A program made the translations under genes and the position numbers. The notes under the pieces were generated by a model. The model saw only the letters and a program-made list of their open reading frames with translations, was not told where the DNA came from and made no database searches. This document shows positions 52,348-64,000 of a DNA stretch of 64,000 nucleotides, one piece after another. The stretch lies in NCBI RefSeq assembly GCF_009914755.1, contig NC_060926.1; one strand, 5' to 3'. Positions within the stretch are counted from its first letter, which is position 1. Each line of letters opens with the position of its first letter. Source of the DNA: the human T2T-CHM13v2.0 reference genome, Homo sapiens.

Positions 52348-54695
52348 AAACAGAAAGATGTGGTATTTTATGACATATTTATGGTAAAATGTAGAATGTT
52401 ATTAGCATATTACATAAGGGAAATAATCCCTATGTATGTACCCAAAACAGTCAAGATTGTTAAGAAATAAAATAAACAAAAAATATCCTACAAAATACTG
52501 TGGGGATATGGGAAGAGGGAAGATAGGACACTGTATAATTATTTTGGATTCTCTGGAAAGCAATAATAAGTTAATAGTCCTTAAATTTCTAAAGTATAGT
52601 GACTTATAACAGGGACTTTAATGACTATTGCTATATAAAAGTAAAGAGAGAAACCAGGCTTAGGTTAGACATCTATGATGCTGTTATAACTGAAAGATAA
52701 AGAGAGCATAGCGCTCTCCAAATAGAGCAGAAATAAAATGAAGAGGAAAATCTGAAGCTCATTTTGGTTATAATTTTGATTGAACCAGGTGACAATTCAG
52801 AAGAAGGTTTGAGAAACAGGGTAAATATATTTTGTTTTATTATAAACAGTAAGGAATATCAACTGTTTTGAAATGTTCTGTTAAACAACAGAAAAACATG
52901 AGACAATGACAGAGGAGAGAGATTATTAGTATAACAATCGAGATCTTGTACTTTCATCTTGTATATTTAAGGAATTTTAGAAACAGAATGATAAAACTCT
53001 AAAAACAAGAAATTATGGCTCTGTTCAATTTTATGGGAAAAAACAAATCCAAAATGTGGTAGCCTATGTCAGTTATTAAGGACCAGGTATAAACCAGCTC
53101 TGCAAAATTTGTTTAACTGCCAGGTTGCACATCTGAATGTTATTGCCATTTTTTACATGGGTCAAATTAACTTAAATTCGTCGGCAAATAGTGTAATAAG
53201 AATGACATTTCCAATTGGTTTTCCATATTTTAAATAAACTGAAATGGGAAGCTAAAAATTTATACCTGGCAACTTTTGCAACAAGGAGTGTGTTTGCTGG
53301 GAGGAGATGCAGCAATTGAGGCAGAAATAGAAGAGACATTTTGGCTAAGACACAGCATAGAGTAGATGTCTCTATGCCTTTGAAATGGTAGAAGAATAAA
53401 ATAATATGAGGAAATATGTCTTTCCCTAAGACATTCTAGTGACATATGGTGAAGATAAATAATAGAATATTGAATGAATGAGTCAATTAATAAATGGTTG
53501 TCCATTCTGAAATTGATTGAAATAAGGTTCTCACAAGAATCATTAGATCAATAGATTGTATAGCTCCATTTAATTAATTAACTAGATGTCATAAAGAGAA
53601 GGAGGGGAATTGGAACATCTCTTTAAGTACAGTGACTCACTATTAAAATGATTATTCACTTCTACAAGTTTTTCTTGAGCTCCATCTGAGTGCCAGAGCT
53701 GTTTTAACACTATTTGCATATGGAAGGAAATTATGTACTATGCCCTCTGAAACCCACTCAGAGTGTTCAGAAGTTTTGATCACTGAATATTCACTCAGTC
53801 TCATTTGGGGATGGGGGAGGAAGGCACATAGTTAGTTCAGGGAATGTCTTAAATTCACCACAAACTAGAGGCAGCACAATCGGGGATGAAAGAATGGTTA
53901 TCATTTAACTAAGACTGAGAGGACGACGACGGAAGAAAGGTGGTTCCTTTACATAGAGAAGTTTCCAGGTGGTTCTTTCACTGAAAAACATTATTTTTTA
54001 AAGATGGCATATGAAAAGGGATAATATTGTGAAACAACAGAACATTTGAAGGCAGTATCACAGTGGAAGTAACATTATACACTTTCCTATTCACCCAGGT
54101 CTAGCAATAATTATTAATTATTGATAACAGTTTTAACAGAAATGATAAAATTATATGTGAATTTCTGCCTATGACTATGTGTTTCTGGTTTCCTTTGAAA
54201 CATTCTCTCATATATGAATTGTTTTGGCACATTAGATATTACTTGCAGAAAACTGAGTTCAATTACTTTTTTAAAAAATTTAAGTACTTTAACTTTTGCT
54301 TTTGAGTTTAATATAGAATAATAGAACCTGAAGAGTCACCATGATTGTTATTCTATTTGAGATTATATTAGCAAGTCATGGAAGCATAGAATGATATTAA
54401 ATGTGACAGTACTTATAAAGTTAGGGTGGTCCTATTATCAAGATAAGTCTCAATATTTGATGCAAAATGTGCACCTGATGGTTGGAAGAGATTGCTAGAT
54501 TATTGTCATTGTCTTTGTGTTTCTCTGTCACAGCAGGCAAGAATTTAGACTCTTAAGGAAGGATGTCCCTGTAAATAGAAATGAATATATCTTTGTCAAC
54601 ATAGCCAATATCAGAGGTATCACCCACAGAATGATAGTTAGCTTTTTCATTTTGAAAATAAATAAAAATAGATATACACATATAGATGTAGACAT

Positions 54696-55063
54696 AGATA
54701 TGGTTAGAATTTGTGTCTCCCACCCAAATCTCATCTTGAATTGTAATCCCCATAATTTCCATGTGTTGAGAGACCTGCTGGGAGGTGATTAGATCATGGG
54801 GGCAGTGTCTCCCATGCTGTTCTCATGATAGTGAGTTCTCATGAGATCTGATGGTTTTATAAGTGTCTGACATTTCCTCCTTCACGCACTTGCTCTCTCT
54901 CCCACCACTGTGTAAGACGTGCCTACTTTCTCTACTGCCGTGACTGTAAGTTACTTGAAGCTGCCTTCGCAGCCATGTGGAACTGTGAGTCAATTAACCT
55001 CTTTCCTTTATAAATTACTCAGTCTCTGGTAGTCTCTCTATAGTGTGAGAACAAACTGATATA
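54696..55063 (+). mobile_element. THE1D/MSTA-type solo LTR
   Basis: gatatggtt...cccaaatctcatcttgaattgtaatcccc...gaactgtgagtcaatta...aaactgatata. Confidence 0.88.
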
Positions 55064-55565
55064 TACATACATACATGTATGCATAATATATACATACATA
55101 CATGTATGCATAATATATACATACATACATGTATGCATAATATATACATACATGTATGTATGCATAATATATACATACATGTATGTATGCATAATATATA
55201 CATACATGTATGTATGCATAATATATACATACATGTATGTATGCATTATATATACATACATGTATGTATGCATTATATATACATACATGTATGTATGCAT
55301 TATATATACATACATGTATGTATGCATTATATATACATACATGTATGTATGCATTATATATACATACACATGCATGTATGCATTATATATACATGCACAT
55401 GCATGTATGCATTATATATACATGCACATGCATGTATGCATTATATATACATGCACATGCATGTATGTATAATATATACATGCATATGCATGTATGTATA
55501 ATATATACATGCATATGCATGTATGTATAATATATACATGCATATGCATGTATGTATAATATATA
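55062..55565. repeat. AT-rich minisatellite, 27-bp then 29-bp units (~18 copies)
   Basis: Unit e.g. tatatacatacatgtatgtatgcataa; 9-aa periodicity in the ORF track. Confidence 0.93.
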
Positions 55566-55606
55566 TTTTAAAATAACAAGACACTTGAGGGGAATTTGAA
55601 GGGAGT

Positions 55607-55900
55607 ACACACATAAACACACACACACATACACATACACACATATATACATACACACACATACACACACATATACACATACACACTTATCTATATGTAC
55701 ACATATACACACACATATACACATATATAGATGTGGTTTCTCTATTCATGTGTATATATGTGTGCTTGTATATTGGGTATGTATATATGTGTGTATGTGT
55801 ATGTATGTGTGTGTATGTACTCCTTTACACACATACACACATATATACACATACACACAGATATAAACATAAGTGTATACGTTTGCGTGTGTATGTACTT
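55607..55900. repeat. (CA/TA)n and (TG/TA)n microsatellite blocks
   Basis: Direct reading. Confidence 0.85.
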
Positions 55901-56318
55901 GCTTCAAAAATGTTTTACACCCTCTTGAAAAGAGCCTAAAACTGGAGCCAGAAAATCAAGATTCTGGTTTTTTTCTCTGCCTACAAATGCTATTTGACTT
56001 TGAATAATATGCTTTATTCATCTGAGATTATAAGTATGAAAGTTGTTACAAAACATCAAAACTTCACCAGATATATTTAGGATCTTCTATCTCAAGTAAG
56101 GAGAGTATACTGCTCAATTAATTTACTCTGAAAATTTCAATAGGTAGGCCTGTATATCAATGTTTTCTATACTGCTATATTGTTATTGAGCCATTGATTA
56201 TTTTAATTTATCAAAGAAGGGTAAACGCTATTGGTTCAATTCAACTTAATTCACCTTAGTTATAATTGTGAATCAATAATTAAAATTTCAAAATTTTATT
56301 ATAAATAATGGATAACAA

Positions 56319-56624
56319 GGCCAGGCACACTGGCTCATGCCTGTAATGCCAGCAGTTTGAAAGGCCAAGGTGGGCGGCTCTCTTGAGGTCAAGAGTTCAA
56401 GACCAGCCCAACCAACATGGTGAAACTCCATCTCTACTAAAAATAGAAAAATTAGCTGGGCATGGTGGCGGTACCTGTAATCCCTGCTATTTGGTAGGCT
56501 GAGGCAGAATAATCACTTGAACCCAGTAGGTGGACGTTGCAGTGAATTGAGATCTTGCCACTGCCACTCCAGCCTGGATGACGGAGGAAAACTCCGTCTC
56601 AAAAAAAAAAAAAAAAAAAAAAAA
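56319..56624 (+). mobile_element. AluS
   Basis: Full dimer with poly(A); TSD core ggataa. Confidence 0.92.
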
Positions 56625-58118
56625 GGATAATATAGGTTTATTGGATAAAATATTTAATGTTGAAATCCTTTATATAGCATTAAAGGTTTTTCAAACATGA
56701 GTAAAATATTAAGAAAGAATACCTGATATTTAATAATAAAACTGCAATTGCTAGCTATACGAATATTAACCAGCTTATGAAAGATCTTTTACCTTTAGTT
56801 TTTCCTTGCTTGAATTAGAGAAGAGAGAAAAACTGGAAGAATTGTCGCTTAAGTGTATTATAAGAAAGGGAAACAATTACTTTTCTCCCCACTTCCCATT
56901 AATATTCCTAATTCTCAATTATTTTTTTCAGTGTTAAAAAAATCTTAATTTCTAAATATAATATAAATTTACTAATTATAAGAACATTTAAAGAATTGAC
57001 AAATTTACCTTTCTTCCTAAATATTCCATCTACCTAAACTTGTTAATTACATTTTAAATCTGCCATTGTTGAAATCTGTAATAGTTCACTTCTATGATTA
57101 CATTTTTCACTGATTTTTAGTTTTATTTCTACATTTAACTGGTTTCAATACTCACCGCCGGTCCCTTTAACTTGGTTTCTCTATTCATTTCTCAACCATC
57201 GCCATCAGGGTTTGAACAAGAAGTTTGTTTTGTTTTATTTTTTTTCCCCAATGGCCTCATAGGTGTTGTAAGAAAGAGCATTCACCTTCTCCACATTGAA
57301 AATGTCAGTCTTTTACCTTTAGCTACAGATATAAATTTAGAAGGTATAATATTCTTAGTCAATATTTTTGTTAGCATTATGAAAAACATTGCAAAAATCT
57401 TTGGTCTTTGGATGTTGATACCGACAAAGCTGAAGCCAACCTTCTAATCCTCATTTTTATACAGTTGACCCAAGAAGAGATTGAAAAACAAATACCTAAA
57501 GGACTAAAAATAACGGCATCAATTAAGAACATTGTAAAAAATATGATGCCAAAAATGTACCAGATTTGTATCAGAAGATTTTTATGGTTGTATTATTAAA
57601 TTATTCAAGAAAAATTACGGTTTTAGCTTTACCAAACATTACAAAAGATGATATAAATCTAAATACCCTTTTAGAAAAACTAGTTCCATTAAATTAAAAA
57701 ATTACAAAGCTGAAAAAATTATAGACATCATTGAAAAATACCTAGCATAAAATTCTATAGTATTTTTGAAGAATAATAAAGAACAAGTGAGGTTTATTGT
57801 AAAGGAGACTTAATTTCATGGAAGTTATTGTTCACAGTCTTATGATAAATTATTTTAACATGAATGATCAAAGTGTTAATATCTTTACTAATTAAAATTA
57901 ATTAAAAAGATGACACATTAAATTTATGTGACATAGTTACTATTATATTTAAAAGAAAATTTGGATTTCCTCAGTTTAGGAAAAAATGCTGAAAGTTAAC
58001 AGAATGATCAAGTTGTCATATTTTCAAAGAAAGTAATTACTAAAGACATATCCACAGTAAAAAAATGAGACTATAGAACCATATTTTAAAAATTGAAGCC
58101 TTTAAAAAATGTGCTTAT

Positions 58119-58423
58119 GGCTGGGTGCGTTGTCTCACGCCTGCAATCCCAGCACTTTAGGATGCTGAGTTTGGCAGATCAGTTGAGTCCAGGAGTTTGT
58201 GACCAGCCTGGGCAACATAGTGAGACCTTGTCTGTACTAAAAATACAAAGCAATTAGACAGACATGGTGGCACAGGCATGTGGTCCCAGCTACTCAGAAG
58301 GCTGAGTTGGGAGGATCACTTGAGCCTGGGAGATGGAGGTTGCTGTGAGCCCAGATCAAGTCATTGCACTCCAGCCTGGATTGCAGAGTGAGACCCTGTC
58401 TCCAAAAAAAAAAAAAAAAAAAA
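58119..58423 (+). mobile_element. AluJb-like
   Basis: Full dimer; TSD aaaaatgtgcttat / aaaaaagtgcttat. Confidence 0.92.
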
Positions 58424-59598
58424 GTGCTTATGAAGATTTCAGAAATGTAGTGTTAAGTGAAAGGAACATCACAGATCAATAAATACAGTCATAATATCAC
58501 TATTATACCAAACAAAACAAACATGTAATGTACATATTTGTACATAAATGGGTGTTAGGGTGACTAAAGGAAGCACAGGCAACTGTGGAAAATTATTTTC
58601 TAATGAAAATGAAACGACAGTGCTATGTATGTTTATTTTAGTCTTTCAATATAATACTCTAGAAACTACTTAAACTCACGTCTTAACAAAACCTAAGTAG
58701 ATCAATATAAAAAGGATTGTGAGATCAGTAAATATCCTTTACTGATATGAAAAAAATATATAATTTTAAACGCTGTTACTCACCAGTGAAAGCTTTGGTG
58801 GAGTAAGATGCTAGGTTGAAGATGTTTCTTTTTACTCTGTTTTTCTGTGTTTTATCACCTTGAAGCTTAGATATTGGCTTGGGAGGGGTCATTGGAGATA
58901 GATTGCTCTTACTTTGTACTAAAGTTTGCAATTAATGACATGAGATGCAATTATAAAAAATAAAAATTGATATATAATGAGTCAATTCAATGGAGAAAAA
59001 TCTATTTTAAAATGTGTATAAACACATACACAGCTTTAGTCATATACATGTGTATATATTTGTCTCTATGCATATATCTAAATATACCATTATAGAGCAT
59101 GAGACGATTGATATAAAATTTTCATTTCTCAACTTTTCTTATGATACTTTATAGCCTATATGTAAATTGTAAAAAAAATTTAATTTGATCTAATAATCTT
59201 TGTATTTTGAAAACAATTGAGGGCAGCAAAACAGAATTTACATAATGTGATATTTCTTCACATTAAATAATTAGATCAAGGTAGAATTCATCAAAAACTG
59301 TGTATTGGGAGACTAAATGTAAGTTGTGTGCTACAGTATAAGGAGAAGGATAAAAATCAGCTTTTGGTGCATCTGTTTTAGGATTGTTCATACTTTATTT
59401 CATTTGCAAATTAATTTTAGTGGATAGAATAAATCTTATTATTATATTACTATAGTTTATTTCAACAACAATCTGAATTAGTTCTAAATAAAGCAAAAAT
59501 TTGTAAATAAAAAATAAAAATTTGGTAAAGGCATAATTCAGTATATCAGATCCAGTGGAATGTTTATACCATCACTTTCTTCCTTTGTTATCTGTGCA

Positions 59599-59761
59599 TT
59601 TTCCTTCCTTCCTTCCTTCTTTCCTTCCTTCCTTCCTCCCTCTCTCCTTTCCCTTTCCTTCCTTCCCTCCTTCCTTCCTTCCCTCGCTCTCTCCTTTCCC
59701 TTCCCTCCCGCCCTTTCTTTTCCCTCCCTCCCTCTCTTCCTTCCTTCCTTCCTTTTTTCCC
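59599..59761. repeat. (TTCC)n polypyrimidine repeat
   Basis: Direct reading. Confidence 0.9.
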
Positions 59762-60730
59762 TTATTTATTTTTATTTTCAGATAAAATTAAACTTCCAAA
59801 ATATTTTCTAAAACTTGTAGTCTATTTATTATTGCAATTCTTTATTTAGCAAACCATAAAGCAGAACTGTTCACCATAATGATTTTTCTACTTTTATTCT
59901 TCCAAGGGGGAATTTGCCCTTTCCTGTGTTCCTTATTATAATATTCTCTGGCTTGAGTAAATGCACTGTTTTTTCTTTAAACTGAAATGGCAAGTTTGAC
60001 CTACATCTGTTTTTTTAAATCAGAACTTGTTTAAACACATAAAAATACAAATTTCAATATAAATTATTATTATTTCTATTTTTTACATATACCCCCATTT
60101 AATTTATATACAAACAATACTACGGAATCAATAATTTTGAATTAGTGACATTCGTTTTCTATTTTAGTTGTGTTTAATGTTATTTAAATGGCAGTGACTT
60201 TTTTTGGGAGTTTGATGAGCCTCAAACTTGTGCCATGTGATGCTCTGCTTCTACTGTTTAGCTCTACAGGGTAATAAAAAACTTCAGTTTATGCTGTGCA
60301 CCAGATTATCCTTTCATCTCCTTTCGATGTGAATGCATCATTTACATGTTAATGTTACATGTTAATGTTCCCTTCCTGATTACTCCTGACATCTTTATGA
60401 TAAACTAAAAAAGGAAAAAGAATTGTACCACAGTTACCAAGTGGTCACCCAGATGATGATTCAAAATATGTTGAGAGTTTTATCATTCATAAAATTAATG
60501 TTATTTTAAATAAATTATTAGTATAATTGTTATTATTACTTTTTACTAATAGAAAAGACAGACTTCTAAGAATACATTTGTGACTTCCTTGATTAATTAA
60601 AAAATTAAAAAGAAAAACTAAAACGATAGAATTTTTAGGACTCAGACCATAGATGGACCTGGACTCTTTCACTTTCTAGTTGTACAGCTTTGTAAAAATT
60701 AGTTGATTTCTCTTGTTATTAGTTTAGTTC

Positions 60731-60925
60731 TGTCACAGCAGAAATTGCACTGGAGTAAATTAAACAGGCAAGAAAGTCTTTATTCAAGAATATTACAATA
60801 AAAGAGAGAAAATAGGACTCAATCTGAACTCAGCATTGCTGAAACATAGACCTGCAGAGTTTTAAAGTGCTGGGTTGAGAGAGCAAAAAAGTACTGGAGG
60901 ATATTGGCAAAGAGGTTGATCAAAT
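60731..60925 (-). mobile_element. ERV1 LTR fragment (MER67-like)
   Basis: tgtca...ttaaacaggcaagaaagtctttattcaag...aaagtactggagg; family from memory. Confidence 0.45.
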
Positions 60926-63900
60926 GATGTTTAACATTATAAATATTTTATTATTCTGGTGCTCCACCCTACTGAAAATGTTCAGCTTAAAGACAAAATT
61001 TATTTATGTCCAACCTTAATATACAGAACCACTTTACACAATCTGCTTGACTTGAGATTCTACATAAAAAATATTATAGGTAGAATAAAATAATTAACAA
61101 TTTTGGAAAAGACAAAAACAAAAATTTGGGTATTTATTAATTGATCAACATCTGATATTTAATTTTAGATGATTAACTCACATATATAACCAGGTCGATA
61201 AAGAGGAAATTGGGTATTCTTTAAAACAAAATATACTTTTTATCATGTCCATTCTTATGGACCATGCTATGCATTTTGGAGGATTGATGCCTGTTAAATA
61301 GTTTCCAGATTACCTGATGGCAACTTCTATAAAAATAGACTCCACCAGATGAACATAAGGAACACGTGAACAGATGGCAGCAGCTTTCAGGTTTGGGTTG
61401 AAACCACATTCATGATTTTAGACTTCAGGCTTGGTTAGAATGAGGCTGCCACAGACAATCACTTTTGGAAAGGCCTCAGAGATTCCTTTTAGGACAATGT
61501 GATTCTGAGCAATATGTTCTGATGTCTTCCAGGATTAATTACACTCTGATGCTCAAAAGCTGAGCTCAAAACCAGAAGCAAGTTGACAAAACCTCCAGTT
61601 TAACTTAATATTTTGTTATAAAGAATCCCCAGTACAGCTCTGAATACACAGTCAGTTGGCAAAACCCATAGTTACAATGAACCAATAGTCAAGAGCCTGG
61701 CTCTGATGACTCTCAGGAGAATAGAAACTGCTCATGCTCAGGCTAAACAGTGATTGAGGAACATTGTAAACTGTATTTGTTACTGAAATAAAGAAGTTCA
61801 GGGTCTGAGAGAGCCTGTTCAGAATGTGCAAAAGAAACAATTCACACTTCAGGCTCGGAAAGCTGCATTAATGTCATTAGTCTACAAAAATGAAAAAAAG
61901 AGTTTCTGCCCACTTAGGTAATTGCAGAATGCTCCTGATCTTTGGTCCTGCCACCTACTTATTTCTCTAGGGTGCTCGCCCATTTCTTTTTCATCCTCCT
62001 TTCGCTAGCCAAATTACAGCTATCCTACAATTCTCGGTTGAAATGCCACATCTTCCATACGGCTTTGCCCAAAAAAAGGTTATTTCTCTCTGCTGAATCC
62101 CCCCATACCAAAAACAACAACAACAACAACAACAGACAATATAGGGGGTATTACTCTTGTGGCAATTTTATTTTTACTATTTATAATTAATTTTAAGGAA
62201 CTTTTATAATTAGTCACTGTTGGGACGAAGAGTGTGATCTCTGTAGGTAGACAGAAGCATGTTGAATTCTAGCTTAGTAACCACCAGGTTCCCTTAGCAA
62301 AACACTTAACTTCTTTAAAACCTCAGGTTCTTTATTGAGAAAATGAGGATAGCAATAGTAGGCAGGCTTATACTTTTGGAAATTAAATGATACAAAATAT
62401 GCAAAGCATCCAGTTGAATTTATGGCAAAGTAGAGATTTATTGTTGTTATTTTTACTGACAACTGCTCAAAATCATTGTTCAAACTGCATTCAACTTATC
62501 AACTGAAAAACATTTATTTTGCCCATAATAAAAATCAAAATGGGGATTTTTATTGAGAATAAGAATATATACTTAAAAATCAAAAGTATCAAAGATATAA
62601 AAGTAGATGTGAATCATTCTATTAAAACAATACCCAAACATATCATTATCCTTTTAACTATGATTCGTATATATTTAAACTGACTTTTTTTTCCCATTCT
62701 AGGCGGGCCACATGCAATTTCTTTCAAGTTAGCAGTTTCACACCATTATGTTTCATTACACACTAGGACGTGTCAAAAAGGAAAACATTTCACTGACTTG
62801 CTGATGAAAATTTAACGTGTCATTTATGTACCTATTTCTAGTTCTTAAAATGGTTTCCCAGGCTGAAATAACTTGGTGAATAAACGTGGGGTAGCTATGT
62901 GCTTTCAAGTTTTAAGAAGAGAAAAAAAAGGAAAAGAATGACTATTCAAAACCATTATTGAAGCTTGCAAGCCATATGCCTTAATTTGTAGAAGATTCAG
63001 CTGTGTGTGAGGCTATACCTAACTGGTATGATTCGAAAGGCACGAGGAAAATATCTTACTAAAAATTTTCAACTTGTGTACTTGAAATATTACTATTAAA
63101 ATGTGGAATTTTATTTGCTTTTTATGAAGTCCATATGAACATTCAAATTTTCATGACAATGATAAAATTTTCATCTTCAACCAATTACATTTATTTGTTG
63201 TCAATTTAGAAATATTTAGCAGAAAAAGAAATTTAAACTATGTAGAGGGGAGAATTGGAAATGCCCTGGAAAAAAATGGAAGAAAAAATGTAGAAAATAG
63301 CAAATTTTGCTTCAGGATACCTGAATATCTTCTACAAAATTTAATTTGGCATCTTATCATTCAATGTTAGCTGGTGTTATCAATATGAACCAAAAGGTGT
63401 CATTCAAGCACTCGTGTGTGTGTTTTGTTTTTAAATAAATTCCCCTGGGGAGTAGGATTAGGGATTCCATTATTATTTCCATCTGGAGGACTATAGAATT
63501 AGAATATGAAATAGAAATATAATATTTATTATTTTTATTTAACATTTCTTAAAGATTTTTTCAGATCCATGATTTGAATTAATTATTAAATATGAGTATA
63601 AGCTGTGGTTTTTATTTATCTAGTCTCTTTCCTCTTATCATTAGGGTAATTGTTACAATCAAGAGCTCTCTGTATATTGATGGTCATGTGTTTAATCTGA
63701 TTCTATATGAATAATAGAAATTGTATTTAAATATGGGAATCCGCTCTTGTCAGTTCCTTTCATTTCCGAACTTCAGTACTGACTGTATTTTGTAGTGATT
63801 AACTCACTTTAAATATTTCTATACAATTTTCCATTGAAAAATGCCCACATACTTTTAAATACCTTCAACCAAAAGGAATTAATTTCTTTTCAGATTTGGC

Positions 63901-64000
63901 AGAATCCAACCCGTTCCCATGTTGTCCCTGCCATCTTCATCTAGGTAAACTCCCTTTTAACAACTCCTGCAGGATATGAATGAGTTTCACAGACAGTATG

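Noticed and set aside
55015-55939. Cys/His/Met/Tyr-repeat proteins or a CRISPR-like array
   Set aside because: Translations of a contiguous minisatellite and microsatellites; no unique spacers, no cas genes, eukaryotic context.
57147-57165. Strong minus-strand donor (GCG|GTGAGT)
   Set aside because: No matching acceptor or coding frame found, and an isolated motif is expected by chance.
57440-57950. Very old L1M ORF2-like A-rich stretch
   Set aside because: Similarity too weak to set boundaries or a family by eye.

Overview
AT-rich, CpG-depleted primate genomic DNA, almost certainly human because it carries an L1HS-Ta-diagnostic insertion. I found no intact protein-coding gene: the ORF track is explained by Alu, L1, LTR and DNA-transposon remnants, simple repeats and chance ORFs. 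Main elements: (1) a ~3.5-kb full-length processed DHFR pseudogene (24967-28476, +) with 5'UTR, frameshifted CDS, long Alu-containing 3'UTR and poly(A); (2) a near full-length Charlie3/MER1-group hAT transposon (19022-22173, -) carrying two internally templated insertions; (3) a young twin-primed L1HS-Ta1 and a near-consensus AluY, both candidate polymorphisms; (4) a nested MLT1C > MST > L1PA stack; (5) a full-length old L1PA; (6) an L1PA8-like copy with a 3' transduction. The most interesting signal is a strand-specific cluster of A>G changes in the inverted-Alu pair of the DHFR retrocopy, which looks like ADAR A-to-I editing reverse-transcribed into the genome. Subfamily names come from recalled consensus sequences and were not checked by a search. 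Boundaries of old elements are approximate.
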